The translations under genes and the position numbers were made by a program. A DNA stretch of 64,000 bases from Thermoanaerobaculia bacterium (GTDB lineage: Bacteria > Acidobacteriota > Thermoanaerobaculia > UBA5066): the NCBI GenBank assembly GCA_963719225.1, contig CAVRAY010000001.1, positions 1,600,001 to 1,664,000 on the forward strand, written 5' to 3'. Under the pieces are notes generated by a model that made no database searches, was not told the origin of the DNA, and saw only the letters and a list, made by a program, of their open reading frames with translations. Shown piece by piece: positions 31,340-43,508 of this stretch; the stretch's first letter is position 1; every line of letters begins with the position of its first letter.

Positions 31340-32877
31340 AGCTTCAGCGCACCCTCGTTCGCTACGGCGCGGCCGTCGCCGCGGCGGCCGTCGCATGCGG
31401 TCTCCGGCTCGCGCTCGCGCCGTTTCTGGGTTCCCGACTCGCGTTCGTGATGTTCATCGCGGCGTCGCTCTTCGCCGCGTGGTACGGCGGAATCGGCCCC
31501 GGCGTCCTCGCGTCGGTCATCGGTGGCGCGCTCGCGGTCTGGCTCTTCCAGCACCCGACGAAACCGAATCCGGATCTCGCCTTCACGCTCGGCGGTTATG
31601 CGTTCGTCTGTCTCGTCTGCATCGGCTTCGTCGAATGGAGTCGCCGCAACCACGAGCGGTTCGCGCGAAGCGAAGCGCTGAGCCGGATGTCGCTGGAAAT
31701 CTCCCTCGCGGAGCGGAAGGAGCTCGAGGAGGCGCTTCGGACCCGGCTCGACGAGCTCGGCATCGTGAATCGCCGGAAGAGCGAGTTCCTCGCGGCCCTC
31801 GCACACGAGCTCCGCAACCCGCTCGCCCCCGTGAGCAACGCGATCGAGGTCCTGGAACGCGATCCGGACGAGCCCACGCGCGCGCGGATGCTCGCGGTCC
31901 TCAGGCATCAGGCGGCGCGTCTCGCGCATGTCGTGGACGACCTCATCGACGTGTCGCGGATCGAGCAGGGAAGAGTCGACCTCAAGATGGAGGCCGTGGA
32001 CCTTGCCGAGCCCGTGCGCCATGCCATCGCGGCCTGCGAAAGCGCGTTCTCCGTCGCACACCCTTCGCTTTCGGCGAACCTCCCGGTTTCTCCTCTCTGG
32101 GTCAGAGGCGACCCGGACCGGCTCGAGCAGATCGTCCTCAACCTGCTCCAGAACGCGCTGAAATACACGCCGTCGGACGGCCACGTGTGGATCAGCCTCT
32201 TCGAGGGAAACGACGAGGCCATCCTTCGCGTGCGGGACGACGGCTTCGGGATCCCAACGGATCTCCTCGAGAGGATCTTCGATCTCTTCGCGCAGGCGCC
32301 GCAACCGCTGGCCCGGACACAGGGCGGGCTCGGCATCGGTCTCAGCCTCGTCCGGACGCTCGTCGAGCGCCACGGGGGGAAGGTGAGCGCGGCGAGCCAG
32401 GGGCCCGGACTCGGAAGCGAGTTCGTGGTGAGACTGTCGCTCTCGGAGCCTCCCGAGAGGAGCGAAACACCCGCTCCCGGGCCCGCGCCGCACGTCGTCC
32501 GTCCTCTCCGCGTCCTCGTCATCGAGGACAACGCCGACATGCGCGATTCGATGCGCGACCTCCTCCACCTGTGGGGCCACATGTCGGAAGGCGCGGCCGA
32601 CGGCCTCGAAGGCCTCGCTCAGGTTCTCCTCTTCAAGCCGGATGTCGCGCTCGTCGACCTCGGGCTTCCCCGGATGGACGGGTACGAGGTCGCCCGCCAG
32701 ATCAGAGGGCAGGAAGGGGGCGTCCGCGTGCTCCTCATCGCCCTGAGCGGCTACGGGCAGCCCGCGGACCGCGAGGCGGCCGATGCCGCTGGGTTCGACA
32801 GGCACATCGTCAAGCCGCCCGACCTCGTGGAGCTGGAACGTCTGCTGGCGGAGGAAGCGATGCGGCGATTCAATTGA
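31336..32877 (+). CDS. Hybrid sensor histidine kinase/receiver with membrane (DUF4118-like) input
   Basis: AHELRNPL, NLLQNALKY, DDGFGI, GLGIGL, C-terminal receiver DLGLP; GTG at 31336. Confidence 0.92.
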   Translation: MKLQRTLVRYGAAVAAAAVACGLRLALAPFLGSRLAFVMFIAASLFAAWYGGIGPGVLASVIGGALAVWLFQHPTKPNPDLAFTLGGYAFVCLVCIGFVEWSRRNHERFARSEALSRMSLEISLAERKELEEALRTRLDELGIVNRRKSEFLAALAHELRNPLAPVSNAIEVLERDPDEPTRARMLAVLRHQAARLAHVVDDLIDVSRIEQGRVDLKMEAVDLAEPVRHAIAACESAFSVAHPSLSANLPVSPLWVRGDPDRLEQIVLNLLQNALKYTPSDGHVWISLFEGNDEAILRVRDDGFGIPTDLLERIFDLFAQAPQPLARTQGGLGIGLSLVRTLVERHGGKVSAASQGPGLGSEFVVRLSLSEPPERSETPAPGPAPHVVRPLRVLVIEDNADMRDSMRDLLHLWGHMSEGAADGLEGLAQVLLFKPDVALVDLGLPRMDGYEVARQIRGQEGGVRVLLIALSGYGQPADREAADAAGFDRHIVKPPDLVELERLLAEEAMRRFN

Positions 32878-32892
32878 CCGTGCCGTTCGGGG

Positions 32893-35184
32893 TCATCCCT
32901 CGAGGCCCAGCCTCTTCAGGAGCTCGAGGAATCGCGGCTCGCTCCGAAGAGGGTCGAAACGGGGATGGACCTTCAGCCAGACGAGCGTGGAGTCGTGCTC
33001 GTCGTACGCGCGCTCGAGCCATTCCAGCGCGAATCCGGTTTCCCCGAGGCGCGCGTAGATCGACGCGAGTCCCCAGGGAGAGACGTATTGCCGGTCGCGC
33101 CGCGCCTTGAGCTCCTCGAGAACGTCGAGAGCCTCCTGCCGCCGACCCGCGACCGCGCAGGCGTTCGCGAGCCCGATCGACGGATCCGCGACGGTGTTCC
33201 CGGCGAGCGCGACGGCCCTCTCGTAGTGCCGGATCGCCTCGTCGATCCTCCCGCACGACTCGAGGGCACGCGCGAGGTCGCTGTGGCCGGCCAGGAAGTC
33301 GGGATCGAGCTCCAGCGCCTTGCGGTACGCCTCGATCGCCTCGTCGTAGCGGCGCGCGTAGAAGAGGACGTCCCCGACGGCCGTGTGGATGATCACGGAG
33401 AGAGGATCGAGCTCCAGGGCGCGGCGCGCCTCGGTGATCGCCTCTTCGTGGCGGCCCAGCCCCGAGAGGAGCTGCCCGTACCAGCGGTGGCCCGTCGCGT
33501 AGCCGGGACTCAGCCGCACGGCGTCCCGGAATTCCCGCTCCGCCGAGGACCACTCCCAATCGTAAAAGCGGCGCACGAATCCGAGAGAGGCATGGGCTTC
33601 CGCGAGGTTGGGGTCGAGCTCGAGGGCGCGCAGAGCGGCGCTCTTGGCCTGCGGGAAGGCCTCGGAGGGCGGCAGCGCCTTGATGTTGCCGAGCACGCCG
33701 AAGGCATCGGCAATCCCTCCCCACGCAAGGGCATACGATGGATCCAGCTCGATCGCGCTCTCGTAGTTTTGGATCGCGGCGCGCATGCCTTCGGGTGTCC
33801 ACTTGTTCCAGAAGAAACGTCCTTTCAGATAGAGCTGATACGCCTCGGCGTTCCGCGTGTGCTGCTTGGCGACCTTCCGCCTTTCCGGAGCGCTCAGCTT
33901 GAAGCGCAGGTGCTCGCAGATCTCGTGTGAGATTCCCTCTTCGATCGCGAGGAGGTCCTGCATCGGCCGCTCGTAGCGTGCTCCCCAGAGTCGGAATCCG
34001 GAGGAGACGTCCACGAGCTCCGCCTGCACGCGCAGGAGGTCGCCGACCTTCGAAAGGCGGCCGGTCACGACGGCGCGTACGTCGAGCTCGCGGCCCGCGG
34101 CCAGAGGATCGATCTCGCGTCCGGAAAAGCGAAAAACGGTGCTCCGCGCCATGACGCGAAGCTTCGGGAGATGGGAGAGCGTGTCGATCAGGCGTTCCGT
34201 GATGCCGTCTCCGAGGTAGTCGTGTTCGCTCTCGCCGCCGGCGTTCACGAGGGGCAGCACCGCGACCGAATCGATGGCCTTTCTCTTCCGGCTTCGCGAA
34301 GGCCCCGAGGCAGAAGCTTCGAGGAGTTCGCGGAGTCGCGTCGCGAGGACGACAGCCGAGGAGGCGCGGCGGGCGGGGTCCTTCTCGAGACACTGCCGCA
34401 CGATGTCTTCGACGGCGGCGGGGACGTTTGCGCCGGACGTCTTCGGCGGCTGTTCGTGAAGAATCGCCGTCATGATCTCGGCCGCGGTCTCCTTCTGGAA
34501 CGCCCGGCGACCGGTCAACATTTCGTAGAGGATTGCGCCGAAGGAAAAAACATCCGAGCGCGCGTCGGCAGGCAAGCCGCGCACCTGTTCGGGGGACATG
34601 TAGCCGACAGTGCCGAGGACGGTCCCCGGCTCCGTCGGGCGCGTCAGCGTCGGCGCATCCGCCTCAGGAGAGGAAACGCCCGCCGTCAGGTCCTTCGCGA
34701 GGCCGAAATCCAGGACCTTCGCCCGGCCGTCGCTCGTGATCATGACGTTCTCGGGCTTCAGGTCGCGGTGGACGACGTTCTTCTGGTGTGCCGTCGCGAG
34801 GCCCTCCGCGATCTGCCGGGCGAGGTCGAGAGCCGTGCGCGTCGGAAGGGGTCCCGAAAACAGGCGGTGCCGGAGCGTTTCGCCTTCGACGAGCTCCATG
34901 ATCAGGAGATGACGCGTCGACGATGAGGAAGAGAGGGGACCGGGGATTTCTTCGAATGAGTAGATGGCAGCGATTCCGGGATGATTGAGCGCTGCGAGTA
35001 GCCGGGCCTCCCTCTCGAACCGCTCTTTCCTCTCTTCACCTTCTAGGAAATCCTCCGGCAGTACCTTTACCGCGACCTCCCTCGCGAGCCGCAGGTCTCT
35101 CGCCCGATAGACTTCGCCCATCCCGCCGGCCCCGAGGGGCTCGAGGATCTCGAAAGACCCGAACCGGGTACCCGAGGGAATCAA
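32893..35184 (-). CDS. Ser/Thr protein kinase with TolB-N-like and TPR domains
   Basis: [26 protein letters not shown], TPRs; likely TTG start at 35184. Confidence 0.92.
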   Translation of the reverse strand: MIPSGTRFGSFEILEPLGAGGMGEVYRARDLRLAREVAVKVLPEDFLEGEERKERFEREARLLAALNHPGIAAIYSFEEIPGPLSSSSSTRHLLIMELVEGETLRHRLFSGPLPTRTALDLARQIAEGLATAHQKNVVHRDLKPENVMITSDGRAKVLDFGLAKDLTAGVSSPEADAPTLTRPTEPGTVLGTVGYMSPEQVRGLPADARSDVFSFGAILYEMLTGRRAFQKETAAEIMTAILHEQPPKTSGANVPAAVEDIVRQCLEKDPARRASSAVVLATRLRELLEASASGPSRSRKRKAIDSVAVLPLVNAGGESEHDYLGDGITERLIDTLSHLPKLRVMARSTVFRFSGREIDPLAAGRELDVRAVVTGRLSKVGDLLRVQAELVDVSSGFRLWGARYERPMQDLLAIEEGISHEICEHLRFKLSAPERRKVAKQHTRNAEAYQLYLKGRFFWNKWTPEGMRAAIQNYESAIELDPSYALAWGGIADAFGVLGNIKALPPSEAFPQAKSAALRALELDPNLAEAHASLGFVRRFYDWEWSSAEREFRDAVRLSPGYATGHRWYGQLLSGLGRHEEAITEARRALELDPLSVIIHTAVGDVLFYARRYDEAIEAYRKALELDPDFLAGHSDLARALESCGRIDEAIRHYERAVALAGNTVADPSIGLANACAVAGRRQEALDVLEELKARRDRQYVSPWGLASIYARLGETGFALEWLERAYDEHDSTLVWLKVHPRFDPLRSEPRFLELLKRLGLEG

Positions 35185-35257
35185 GATCCTGAAGCGTATG
35201 ACGACGTCGCGGGCCCGCGACTCGCCCTCTTCACCTTCTAGGAAATACAATCCCCGG

Positions 35258-36982
<1,725 letters not shown>

Positions 36983-37109
36983 GGAAGAGCGAAGAGAAGA
37001 TTCTCTTGGAAGGGTGGAAGACGGGGCCGGGCGGTCGCGCCATCGAGCTCTATTCACTTTCTAAGAAGATTCTCTTCATCCGCGGCCCGGTTCTTGCGAG
37101 GTAGACTGC

Positions 37110-39095
37110 ATGTCGATGCCGGAGAGACGCATTCTTTTCGCCCTGGCCGCCACCTTCGTTGTACTTGCCATGCCGGTCGGCGCCCAGACCGGCGGCGGGG
37201 CCGTCGGGAAGACCTCGGCGAAGGACGCCCTGACCCAGAAAGAGAGCCGCCGCCGCGAGGCGGTAGAGCACTATTTGCGCGCGAAGCTGTACGCGCAGGA
37301 CAGCGAGTTCGAAGCCGCCGTCCGGGAGTTCAAGAAGGCCGTCGAGCTGGATCCGACCGACGGCGCTCTCCGGCGCGAGTACGGGGAGCTGCTGCGTGAC
37401 CTTCCCGTCTACGCGGAGGCCGAGAAGGAAGCGCGCAAGGCCGTCGAGCTCGAGCCCCGGAGCGCCGGCGCGCACCGTCTCCTCGGCCAGATCCTCCTCT
37501 CGACGGCGAAGGACGCGCCACGCCTGGAACAGGCCGCCGCCGAGCTGAAGAAGGCAAACGAGCTCGCCCCCGCCGATCCCCAGGGAGCCATCGCGTACGC
37601 CCAGGTCCTCCTGCGGCTCGATAAGCCGAAGGAAGCGTCGAGCGTTCTCGAGGGGGTCCTCGATCGGGCGAACGGACCCGCGGTCCTGCTCCTCTACGGC
37701 GAAACGCTCGAACGCAGCGGCCAGCTCCAGCAGGCCGAGGAGGTCTACAAGGGGCTCGGGAGGCTCGACCCGGAGAACCGCGCGGCCCTCCTGGGCCTTC
37801 TGCGCGTCTACGACCGTGGCCGCCAGTTCGACAAGGCTGCTCCCATCCTCCAGGAGTTCCTCAAGTCCCAGCCGGGCAACCTCGGGCTCAAGACCCAGTA
37901 CGCAGGCCTCCTGCTCCGTGGGCGCCGTTTCGCCGAGGCGCGGAAGATGTTCGAGGAAGTGCTCGCCGCCGATCCCGGGAACCGTGAGGCCCTGCGTCTC
38001 TACGCGGCGCTGCTGTCCGAGACGCGCGAGCCCGACAAGGCCGACGAGATTCTGCGCAAGCTCCAGTCGCTCGAACCAGACGATCTCGAAGCGCCCTATC
38101 GACGCGCCGTGAACTTCCTCGAGGCGCGGAGAATTCCCGAGGCGGAAGCGGTTCTCCGCGAGCTGCGCGCGGCGCTCGTCGCGAAGAAGCCGGACGCTCC
38201 GGAGGTCGGGCAGATCGACGGGCAGCTCGGGTACGCCGCGTATCTGCGTAAGGACTACGCGGCCGCCATCGCCCGCCTCGAGCCGCACCTGAGGGGCGAA
38301 GACGGCCTCAACCTGCAGGCCTACAACCTCCTCCTGCAGATCGCGCGGGACCGCGAAGACTGGCCCGCCGGCCTGAAGCTCGCGAAGGACGCATACGACA
38401 AGGCGCCCAGAAAAACCGCCCTGCTGCGGGCGAACTATGCCGAGTTCCTCCTGCGCTCTGCGGCGGCGACCGACCAGGCCGAAGGCGCGAAGATGCTCGA
38501 CGAGCTCGCGGCGGAGGACAAGACGGGGACGCTCGCGGCCGCGGACGCCTGGCAGCGTCTCGACAAGTACGGCCGCGCGGCGGCGGCGGCGCGGGCGGGT
38601 CTCGAGCGCGACAAGGAGGATCCGGACCTCCTCTTCCGGCTCGCCGCTTCGCTGGAGCGGGAGAAGAAGGTCGCCGAATCGGTGGACGCGTTCGAGAAGC
38701 TCCTGAAGGTGCGGGGCGACCATGCGCCGGGCCTCAATTACCTCGGCTACATGTGGGCGGACCGCGGCGAAAACCTGCCGCGGGCCCTCGAGCTCATCCG
38801 CAAGGCCGTCGAGCTGGAGCCCGGAAACGGCGCCTACCTCGATTCCCTCGGCTGGGTCTATTACCGGCTCAACAAGCTGGACAAGGCCGAGGAGAATCTG
38901 CGCGCGGCGGCCCTCTTGAATCCCGACGACGCGACCGTCGAGGAGCACCTCGGCGACCTCTTCGAGAAGAAGGGGGATCTCGCGCTCGCGCGATCGAGCT
39001 GGAAGCACGCGCTCACGCTCAAGCCCGACGAGGACGTGAAGCGCCGCCTCGACGAAAAGCTCGAGAAGACCGAAGGCCGCGCCGCGCAGAAGTGA
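37110..39095 (+). CDS. Exported TPR repeat protein
   Basis: Signal peptide, many TPRs, LNYLGY..AD...YLDSLGW C-terminal signature; start may be 37116. Confidence 0.88.
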   Translation: MSMPERRILFALAATFVVLAMPVGAQTGGGAVGKTSAKDALTQKESRRREAVEHYLRAKLYAQDSEFEAAVREFKKAVELDPTDGALRREYGELLRDLPVYAEAEKEARKAVELEPRSAGAHRLLGQILLSTAKDAPRLEQAAAELKKANELAPADPQGAIAYAQVLLRLDKPKEASSVLEGVLDRANGPAVLLLYGETLERSGQLQQAEEVYKGLGRLDPENRAALLGLLRVYDRGRQFDKAAPILQEFLKSQPGNLGLKTQYAGLLLRGRRFAEARKMFEEVLAADPGNREALRLYAALLSETREPDKADEILRKLQSLEPDDLEAPYRRAVNFLEARRIPEAEAVLRELRAALVAKKPDAPEVGQIDGQLGYAAYLRKDYAAAIARLEPHLRGEDGLNLQAYNLLLQIARDREDWPAGLKLAKDAYDKAPRKTALLRANYAEFLLRSAAATDQAEGAKMLDELAAEDKTGTLAAADAWQRLDKYGRAAAAARAGLERDKEDPDLLFRLAASLEREKKVAESVDAFEKLLKVRGDHAPGLNYLGYMWADRGENLPRALELIRKAVELEPGNGAYLDSLGWVYYRLNKLDKAEENLRAAALLNPDDATVEEHLGDLFEKKGDLALARSSWKHALTLKPDEDVKRRLDEKLEKTEGRAAQK

Positions 39096-39883
39096 GGGGG
39101 ACCCGAGCGCGGCAGCCCCGATTGCTTCGGGTTGCCGGTGGGGCTCTGGTCGCGGTGGTTTTCTTCTTAGAAAGTGGGTGCGTCAGCGGGAGCGGGCCGC
39201 GCGCGTCGAGTGCTGCCGCCGCGGCCACATCGACGGCGGCATCTCCCTCTTCCCCTTTCAAAGAAAACTCTTCGACAGCGTCTCCCGCTGCTTCTCTTCT
39301 TGAAGCGTACGAGAGGGCGCGGGTCGCGGCCTGGGATCCCGCCCGCCGCTTCAAAGCGCTCTTCAAGGCGGAGGTGTCGCCGAAGGCCGGCGCGGTGGGT
39401 CGCGGCTACCTCTCCGTCTGGTGGGACGGGGCGAGCGGCTCGCTCACGTGGCGGTCTTCGGCGCCGATCGCCGGAAGAGGAAGAGGGGGATTTCTTAGAA
39501 AGGGAAGAGGGGACGCCGGTGCCGCCGCGGCAGGTGCCGGTGCCGGCGGCGCCGGTCGCTCGCCGCTTCCTGGGAAAACCTCCGCGGATGACCTGATCGC
39601 CTGCGTCCTGGGCACGCCGGATGCCCCCGCCTCGTCCTCATTACCAGTCGACGAAACTCCGAGAGGCTTACTGCTGCGCATCGACGGCTCGAAGAGCTCC
39701 GTCCTCCTGGACCGGGAGGGAAAGCCGATTGAATTCTCTTTTCCGAACGACGAGACCGTGAAGCTGCAGCCGGGGGAAGGCGTGCCGCGCCGCATCGAGG
39801 CGAGCGGGCCGGAGGGCCGGGCGGTCCTCACTCTCGAATCCTATTCGTCGTGGCCGGAGAACGAGCGAGTGCCCCCGGCATGA
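39092..39883 (+). CDS. Putative lipoprotein in the lolB syntenic position
   Basis: Hydrophobic stretch plus SGC lipobox-like site; lies between TPR and ispE with GTGA/ATGA overlaps. Confidence 0.55.
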   Translation: MRGTRARQPRLLRVAGGALVAVVFFLESGCVSGSGPRASSAAAAATSTAASPSSPFKENSSTASPAASLLEAYERARVAAWDPARRFKALFKAEVSPKAGAVGRGYLSVWWDGASGSLTWRSSAPIAGRGRGGFLRKGRGDAGAAAAGAGAGGAGRSPLPGKTSADDLIACVLGTPDAPASSSLPVDETPRGLLLRIDGSKSSVLLDREGKPIEFSFPNDETVKLQPGEGVPRRIEASGPEGRAVLTLESYSSWPENERVPPA

Positions 39884-40818
39884 CCGGGGCCGGAAGGGCC
39901 ATCGTCGTCGAAGCGTTCGCGAAGGTGAACTGCTCGCTGCGCGTGCTGGGGAAGAGACCCGACGGTTTCCACGAGCTCGACACCATCTTCCAGACGGTGG
40001 ATCTCACCGACACGATGTATTTCTTAGAAGGTAAAGAGAAAGACGGCGCGGCGGGCGAGGTCTCTCTCACAATCGAGGGCGGCGCGTCGAAGGATCTGCC
40101 CGCGGACTCGAGCAACCTGATTCTCCGCGCCGCCAACGCGTTGCGCGAGAGGTTCGCGGTGCGCGCAGGCGCCCGTATTCACCTTTCTAAGAGAATCCCG
40201 ATCGGCGGCGGGCTCGGCGGCGGCAGTTCCAACGCTGCAGCGACCTTGAGGGCGCTCGACTCTCTCTGGCACTTGAACTCCTCTGACGCCGATCTCCACC
40301 GGCTCGCAGCCTCCCTCGGATCCGACGTGCCTTTCTTCCTTCTCGGCGGTCGCGCCCGGGGCACCGGGCGCGGCGAAATCCTGGAATCTCTTCTGGACGG
40401 CCCCGAAGAATGGCTCGTTCTCGTCTTTCCCCCGTTCTCTCTTTCCACGGCAGCGGTTTACGGCGCGTTTTCCGCGCCCGCGTTGACAGATTCCGCAGCC
40501 CAAACTAACCTGCGCGCCTCCGACTCCGGTGGCGGCCCGGACCGGAACGACCTGGAATCGGCGGCGGAGTCCCTCCGGGGAGAGTTGCGCGGGATCCGTC
40601 TGGCCCTGTCGGACCTCGGCGCGACGAGCGCACGCCTGTCCGGGAGCGGCTCGACGGTGTTCGGGGTATTCGGCGACGAAGAAAGCGCCCGTCGGGCGTT
40701 CGAAGGGCTCGAGGGATTGCGAAAAGAAATGATGGCGACGACGACGATCGTGAAGACCGTGTCGAAGGCGGCATTCGCGCGCCGCGCGACACCCACTGTC
40801 AGGGCGCAACGCGGATGA
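39880..40818 (+). CDS. ispE: 4-diphosphocytidyl-2C-methyl-D-erythritol kinase
   Basis: AKVN..L, KRIPIGGGLGGGSSNAA, LGSDVPFF, SGSGSTVF. Confidence 0.95.
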   Translation: MTGAGRAIVVEAFAKVNCSLRVLGKRPDGFHELDTIFQTVDLTDTMYFLEGKEKDGAAGEVSLTIEGGASKDLPADSSNLILRAANALRERFAVRAGARIHLSKRIPIGGGLGGGSSNAAATLRALDSLWHLNSSDADLHRLAASLGSDVPFFLLGGRARGTGRGEILESLLDGPEEWLVLVFPPFSLSTAAVYGAFSAPALTDSAAQTNLRASDSGGGPDRNDLESAAESLRGELRGIRLALSDLGATSARLSGSGSTVFGVFGDEESARRAFEGLEGLRKEMMATTTIVKTVSKAAFARRATPTVRAQRG

Positions 40819-40856
40819 TCCCGCTTTGCGCGAGAATCGAGGGCCGGACTTCCGGA

Positions 40857-40931
40857 TGGGGAGTCGACAAGTGGTAAGTCAGCGGTCTTTGGAACCGCCA
40901 TTCGGAGGTTCGAATCCTCCCTCCCCAGCCA
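40857..40931 (+). tRNA. tRNA-Gln(UUG)
   Basis: Acceptor TGGGGAG/CTCCCCA, anticodon arm GCGGT-CTTTGGA-ACCGC, GGTTCGAATCC, encoded CCA. Confidence 0.97.
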
Positions 40932-40959
40932 AACTCCGCATCGCGGACCCGAAGGCGTG

Positions 40960-41913
40960 ATGGAGCGTTTCCCGTACGGCGATCTCAAAGTCTTCGGAGG
41001 GCGGTCGCATCCGGCCCTCACGGGTGAGATCTGCCGGAACCTCGGCCGCGAGGCCGGCCGCGTCACGCTCTACAATTTTTCCGACGGGGAGAATTACTGC
41101 CAGATCGAGGAGAACGTCCGGGGCGCGGACGTGTTCATCGTGCAGCCCACGGGGCCGCCGGCGAACCACAACATCATGGAGCTCCTCATCATGCTGGACG
41201 CCTTCAAGCGCTCCTCGGCGTCGCGCGTCACCGCCGTGCTCCCGTATTACGGCTATGCGCGGCAGGACCGCAAGGACAAGCCGCGTGTCCCGATCACCGC
41301 GAAGCTCATCGCAGACCTCATCGTGGCGGCAGGTGCCGACCGCGTCCTGTGCGTCGACCTCCATGCCGCGCAGATCCAGGGCTTCTTCAACATCCCCGTC
41401 GACCACCTCTTCGCGGCGCCGGTCCTCCTCGACGCGATCCGCGACGCGAACCTCGACCCGCTCACCGTCGTCTCGCCCGACGCCGGCGGCGTCGAGCGCG
41501 CGCGTGCGTTCGCGAAACGTCTGGGCGCCGGTCTCGCGATCGTCGACAAGCGGAGGAAAGGAAAGAACGAGGTCGAGGTCCTGCACGTCATCGGCGACGT
41601 GAAAGACCGGAACGTCGTGGTGGTGGACGACATCATCGACACGGCAGGGACGCTCATCAACACGGTCATCGCGCTGAGGGACGCGGGTGCGCGCCGCATC
41701 TTCGCCGGATGCGTGCATCCCGTGCTGTCCGGCCCCGCGATCGATCGCATCAACGCGAGCCCCATCGAGCGCGTTTTCTGTACGAACACGCTTCCGCTCG
41801 ACGAGAAGCTCGCCCGCTGCCCTCTCGTTCAGCCACTCTCCATCGCACCCCTCCTGGCGGAGGCGACCCAGCGCATTCACCAGGGTGCGTCCGTTTCCTC
41901 TTTGTTCGTTTAG
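40960..41913 (+). CDS. prs: Ribose-phosphate pyrophosphokinase
   Basis: FSDGE, YARQDRK, DLHAAQIQGFF, DDIIDTAGT. Confidence 0.97.
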   Translation: MERFPYGDLKVFGGRSHPALTGEICRNLGREAGRVTLYNFSDGENYCQIEENVRGADVFIVQPTGPPANHNIMELLIMLDAFKRSSASRVTAVLPYYGYARQDRKDKPRVPITAKLIADLIVAAGADRVLCVDLHAAQIQGFFNIPVDHLFAAPVLLDAIRDANLDPLTVVSPDAGGVERARAFAKRLGAGLAIVDKRRKGKNEVEVLHVIGDVKDRNVVVVDDIIDTAGTLINTVIALRDAGARRIFAGCVHPVLSGPAIDRINASPIERVFCTNTLPLDEKLARCPLVQPLSIAPLLAEATQRIHQGASVSSLFV

Positions 41914-42015
41914 GCCGGTCGTGGGGAAGGCCAAAATCTGATATTCTCTTCAGTTCTCCAACTGGACCGTCCGCCCGGAGAATTCTCTCCGGACCGGGCG
42001 CCCTGAAAGGAAACC

Positions 42016-42777
42016 ATGCTCCAGGAACACATCGTCGTCGAAGTCGAGAAGCGACTCACCACCGGAAAGAACGCCGCGAATCGCTTGCGGGCCCAGGACC
42101 AGATCCCGGCCGTCCTCTACGGGGGCGGCAAGGACATGGACACCTGGTCGCTCCAGGTGCCGCGCAAGACGCTTGCGACCCTCCTCAACAAGGGTCTGCA
42201 CTCCAACGCGATCTTCAAGCTCAATCTGAAGGGCACGGATCAGACGCGCCACGTCATGATCCGCGACCTCGCTCTCGATCCCGTTTCGCGGAAAATGCTG
42301 CACGTCGACTTCGTGCGCGTGCTTCTCGACAGAAGGCTTCGGGTCAAGAGCGAGATCGCGATCGAGGGCGTGCCGAACGGCGTCAAGAATGCCGGGGGCA
42401 TCCTGAACATCGTCACGCACGAGATCCTCATCGAGTGCCTTCCCGCGGACATTCCCGAGTCGGTGAAGGTGGACGTCTCCGGCATGGAAATGCACGACTC
42501 TCTCCGCGTGTCGGACCTCAAGCTCGGCGACAAGATCAGGGTCCTCGAGAAGGCGGATCGCGTGATCGCGCACGTCGGCGTGCCGAAGGCCGAGGAGGTC
42601 GTCGCTCCGGCCGCGGCCGAAGTGGTCGGCGTGGAGGGCGCCGCCGCTCTCGCCGTCGAGCCCGAGGTGATCAAGAAGGGCAAGAAGGAAGAGGAAGGCG
42701 CCGAGCCCGCCGCGGCCGGGAAGGCCGCGGTGCCGGCGAAACCCGAGGGCAAGGCGGAGAAGAAGGAAAAGAAATAG
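42016..42777 (+). CDS. rplY: 50S ribosomal protein L25/Ctc
   Basis: IPAVLYG, HVDF, GVKNAGG, acidic tail. Confidence 0.94.
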   Translation: MLQEHIVVEVEKRLTTGKNAANRLRAQDQIPAVLYGGGKDMDTWSLQVPRKTLATLLNKGLHSNAIFKLNLKGTDQTRHVMIRDLALDPVSRKMLHVDFVRVLLDRRLRVKSEIAIEGVPNGVKNAGGILNIVTHEILIECLPADIPESVKVDVSGMEMHDSLRVSDLKLGDKIRVLEKADRVIAHVGVPKAEEVVAPAAAEVVGVEGAAALAVEPEVIKKGKKEEEGAEPAAAGKAAVPAKPEGKAEKKEKK

Positions 42778-43388
42778 GAACGGACGACCTCTTCCTCGTG
42801 GTGGGACTCGGCAATCCCGGCGACCGGTATTCCGGAACGCGCCACAACGTCGGCTTCGACGTCGTGCAGGCGTTCGCCCGGAAGGCCGCCGGCCGTCCGC
42901 CGCGCCTCGACCGGCTCGACTGTCGCGCGCTCACCGGGCGAATCAGGGTCGGAGATCATCCCGTCGTCGTCGCGCGGCCCCAGACCTACATGAACGCCTC
43001 GGGTGAGTCCGTGAAGGGTCTCGCGCTCAAGTACGAGGTCTCTCTCGAGAGGCTCATCGTCGTCTCCGACGACACGGCACTGCCCGTAGGCACGATCCGG
43101 ATTCGCCGGTCGGGTTCCTCCGGCGGCCAGAAGGGGCTGCAGTCCGTGATCGACTGCTTCGGCACGAACGCGGTCCCGCGGCTTCGTCTCGGCGTGCGCG
43201 GGGAGAACTTCCAGCCGGGAGAGGCGCTCGATACGTACGTGCTTTCACGATTCTCGAAGAAGGAACGCCCCGTCGCGGACGAGGCGATCGAATCGGCGTG
43301 CGAGGCCCTCGCGCTCTTCGTGACCGAGGGCATCGACGCCGCCATGAACCGTTTCAACCGCACGCCGGAGGAAGATCCGGCGAGCTGA
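42774..43388 (+). CDS. pth: Peptidyl-tRNA hydrolase (start uncertain: ATA 42774 or GTG 42798)
   Basis: VVGLGNPG, TRHNVGF, TYMNASG, RLRLGV. Confidence 0.93.
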   Translation: MGTDDLFLVVGLGNPGDRYSGTRHNVGFDVVQAFARKAAGRPPRLDRLDCRALTGRIRVGDHPVVVARPQTYMNASGESVKGLALKYEVSLERLIVVSDDTALPVGTIRIRRSGSSGGQKGLQSVIDCFGTNAVPRLRLGVRGENFQPGEALDTYVLSRFSKKERPVADEAIESACEALALFVTEGIDAAMNRFNRTPEEDPAS

Positions 43389-43508
43389 ATCTCAACCCCC
43401 GTTCGCCGGCGTGCCGGCGAACCACAACCTTGGCTCGGCACCGGACTCCGGTCCACAGCCGCGCCTCGTGACCGGCTCTTGCCGGCGCGATCCAGAAGGA
43501 GGATCCCC

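Noticed and set aside
40857-40931. tRNA-Gln as an integration site
   Set aside because: Flanked by the normal ispE-prs synteny; no integrase or duplicated 3' end seen.
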